A stretch of DNA of 64,000 nucleotides from the NCBI RefSeq assembly GCF_036321535.1, contig NC_087437.1, forward strand, positions 43,030,001 through 43,094,000, written 5' to 3'. The notes under the pieces are model-generated. The model saw only the letters and a list, made by a program, of their open reading frames with translations. It was not told where the DNA came from and did not search any database. Position 1 is the stretch's first letter. Every line of letters begins with the position of its first letter. Positions 62,309 to 64,000 of the stretch are shown piece by piece. This stretch comes from Camelus dromedarius. Lineage: Eukaryota. The position numbers were made by a program, and so were the translations under genes.

Positions 62309-63747
62309 TGCTTTGCTAGGGTTGCTGTAAAAAAGTACCACAAAGTGCATGACTAAAACAGCAGAAGATTTTGGTCTCACGATTTTAAAGGCTGGAAGTC
62401 TGCGATCAAGGCGTTGGCATGGTTGGTTCTTTCTAAGGGCTGTGTGGAAGATTCGGTCTCTCTCCTTGTCTATAGATGGCTGTCGTCTCCCTGTGTCTCT
62501 TCACGTGACATTCTCCCTTTCTCTATTGAGGCATGATTGACATATAACATCATATTGGTTTCAGGTGTACATCATTATGATTATTTATTTATATTGTGAA
62601 ATGATCAGCACAATAAGTCTAGTTAACATCCATCCCCATACAGAGTTACAAACTTTTTTTTCTTCTGATGAGAACTTTTAAGTTTTACTCTTAGCAACTT
62701 TCGAATATGCAATACAGTATTATTAACTATCATTGCCATGCCGTACATTACATCCCCATGACTTATTTATTTTATAACTGGAAGTTTGTACCTTATGATC
62801 CTCATTCACCCATTTAGCTCACCACTCACCCCCAGCCTCTGGCAACCACCAGTCTCTTCTGTCTATCTATGAGCTTGTTTTTTTTGTTTGTTTGTTTAAT
62901 TTTTGAATTCCACATTTAGAAGTGTATACAGTGTAACAGTATAAATATATACTGTATTTGTATTTCTCTGACTTATTTCACTTAGAATATTGCCCTCAGG
63001 GTCCATCTATGTTGTCTCACGTGGCAAGATTTCATTCTTTTTTATGGCTTAATAGTATTCTATTATGTGTCCTTTATCCATTTATCCATCAATGGACACT
63101 TAGGTTGTTTCCATATCTTGGCTGTTTTAAATAATACTGCAGTGGATATGTGGGTACATGTATCTTTTGGAATTAGTGTTTTTGTTTTCATCAGATAAAT
63201 CCCAGAAATGGAATTGCCTGATCATATGGTAGTTCTGTATTTTAATTTTTTGAAGAACTTCCACATTCTTTTCCATTGTCGCTGCACCAATTTATATTTC
63301 CACCAACATGGCACAAGGGTTCCCTTTTCTCCACCATCCTTGCCAACACTTGTTAGTCGTATTTTGGATAACAGCCGTCCTGAGAGGTGTGAGGTGATAG
63401 CTCACTGTGGTTTTGATTTGCGTTTCCCTGATGGTTAGTGATGTTGAGCATGTCTTTATACACCTGTTGGCTGTCTGTATGTCTTCTTTAGAGAAATGTC
63501 TATTCAGATCCTCTGCCTGTTTTTTTATTAGAGTTTTGTGGGTTTTTTGTTTTTTCCGCTATTGAATTGTTAAATTATCCCTTTTGATAAGGACATCAGT
63601 CCTATTGGGTTAGGGCCCACCCTCAGGACCTCCTCTTAACTGAATACATCTGTGAAGACCTGATTTCTGAAGAAGGTCACATTGTGGGGTGATCAGGGCT
63701 AAGACGTCAGCATGTGAATTTTGGGATAACACAGTTTAACCTATGAG
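62309..63747 (-). mobile_element. Inner MLT1-type LTR, split into 62309-62520 and 63578-63747 by an L1
   Basis: tttgctagggttgctgtaaaaaagtaccacaaa...ggctggaagtctgcgatcaagg, resuming as taaggacatcagtcctattgggttagggcccaccctc. Confidence 0.8.
62521..63577 (-). mobile_element. L1 3' end (L1MA-like, about 1 kb, 5' truncated)
   Basis: attgaggcatgattgacatataacatcatattggtttcaggtgtaca...tttatccatttatccatcaatggacacttaggttgtttccatatcttggct...gagaaatgtctattcagatcctctgcc. Confidence 0.9.
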
Positions 63748-64000
63748 ATCACATTTTGATGTTCCAGTTGGACGTGAATTCTTGAGGGACACCAAGCACT
63801 CTTTCATTTTTTTCATTCAAAATGAATCCCCAGAAAAATCTCGAAATGGTGCTGTCATTATAGCCATTTCATAGGTTGAAAAAGTATTGCTTGTTTGGGT
63901 TAAATAACTTACCCGAGGTCACAAGGCTGCTACTTACGGGTGCTGAGGCTCCTTTTCAAATCGAAACTCAAACTTCATTTGCTATCCAACCCCTCCAATA

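Larger units (their letters stand above)
61903..63800 (-). mobile_element. Outer MLT1-type LTR, split into 61903-62308 and 63748-63800 by nested insertions
   Basis: tgtgttagagtcctagggctgctgtgacaaattgccacaaact...ccctatttccaaataaggtcac, resuming as atcacattttgatgttccagttggacgtgaatt. Confidence 0.8.

Noticed and set aside
61926..63438. ORFs of 63-134 aa near the window end
   Set aside because: They lie wholly within MLT1 LTR and antisense L1 3' sequence.
55303..64000. NLGN1 exon A2 (GPLTKK...-type insert) or the next constitutive exon
   Set aside because: No matching coding sequence seen; they must lie beyond the window.
1..64000. CRISPR array, operon or other prokaryotic/viral system
   Set aside because: Sequence is mammalian intron; no repeat-spacer arrays, long ORFs or retroviral gag/pol/env remnants were recognised.

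Overview
AT-rich, repeat-dense placental mammal DNA, probably camelid, judged from a tRNA-derived SINE at 31446-31588 and a short young L1 tail at 13564-13620. The window lies inside the neuroligin-1 gene (NLGN1, + strand). It contains the 813-nt first coding exon (53991-54803; ATG 54311, codons 1-164 plus 1 nt) and the 60-nt alternatively spliced A1 cassette exon (55243-55302). A CpG-enriched region at about 36400-38130 looks like an internal alternative promoter, with a strong donor at 37280|37281. The rest is intron filled with old L1/HAL1, L2, MIR, LTR and DNA-transposon remnants and microsatellites; almost all other listed ORFs are spurious. I found no wholly new biological system. The best leads are post-transcriptional: (i) back-splicing of the 813-nt exon would give a 173-aa ORF ending GYRPEANWI, matching the circNlgn/Nlgn173 product I recall from the literature, and an A1-containing circle would give a 193-aa variant; (ii) a candidate 13-nt frameshifting microexon inside an RBFOX-motif-rich 439-nt intron; (iii) eight upstream AUGs, including an overlapping uORF. 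Repeat family names are by eye and need RepeatMasker/Dfam confirmation.
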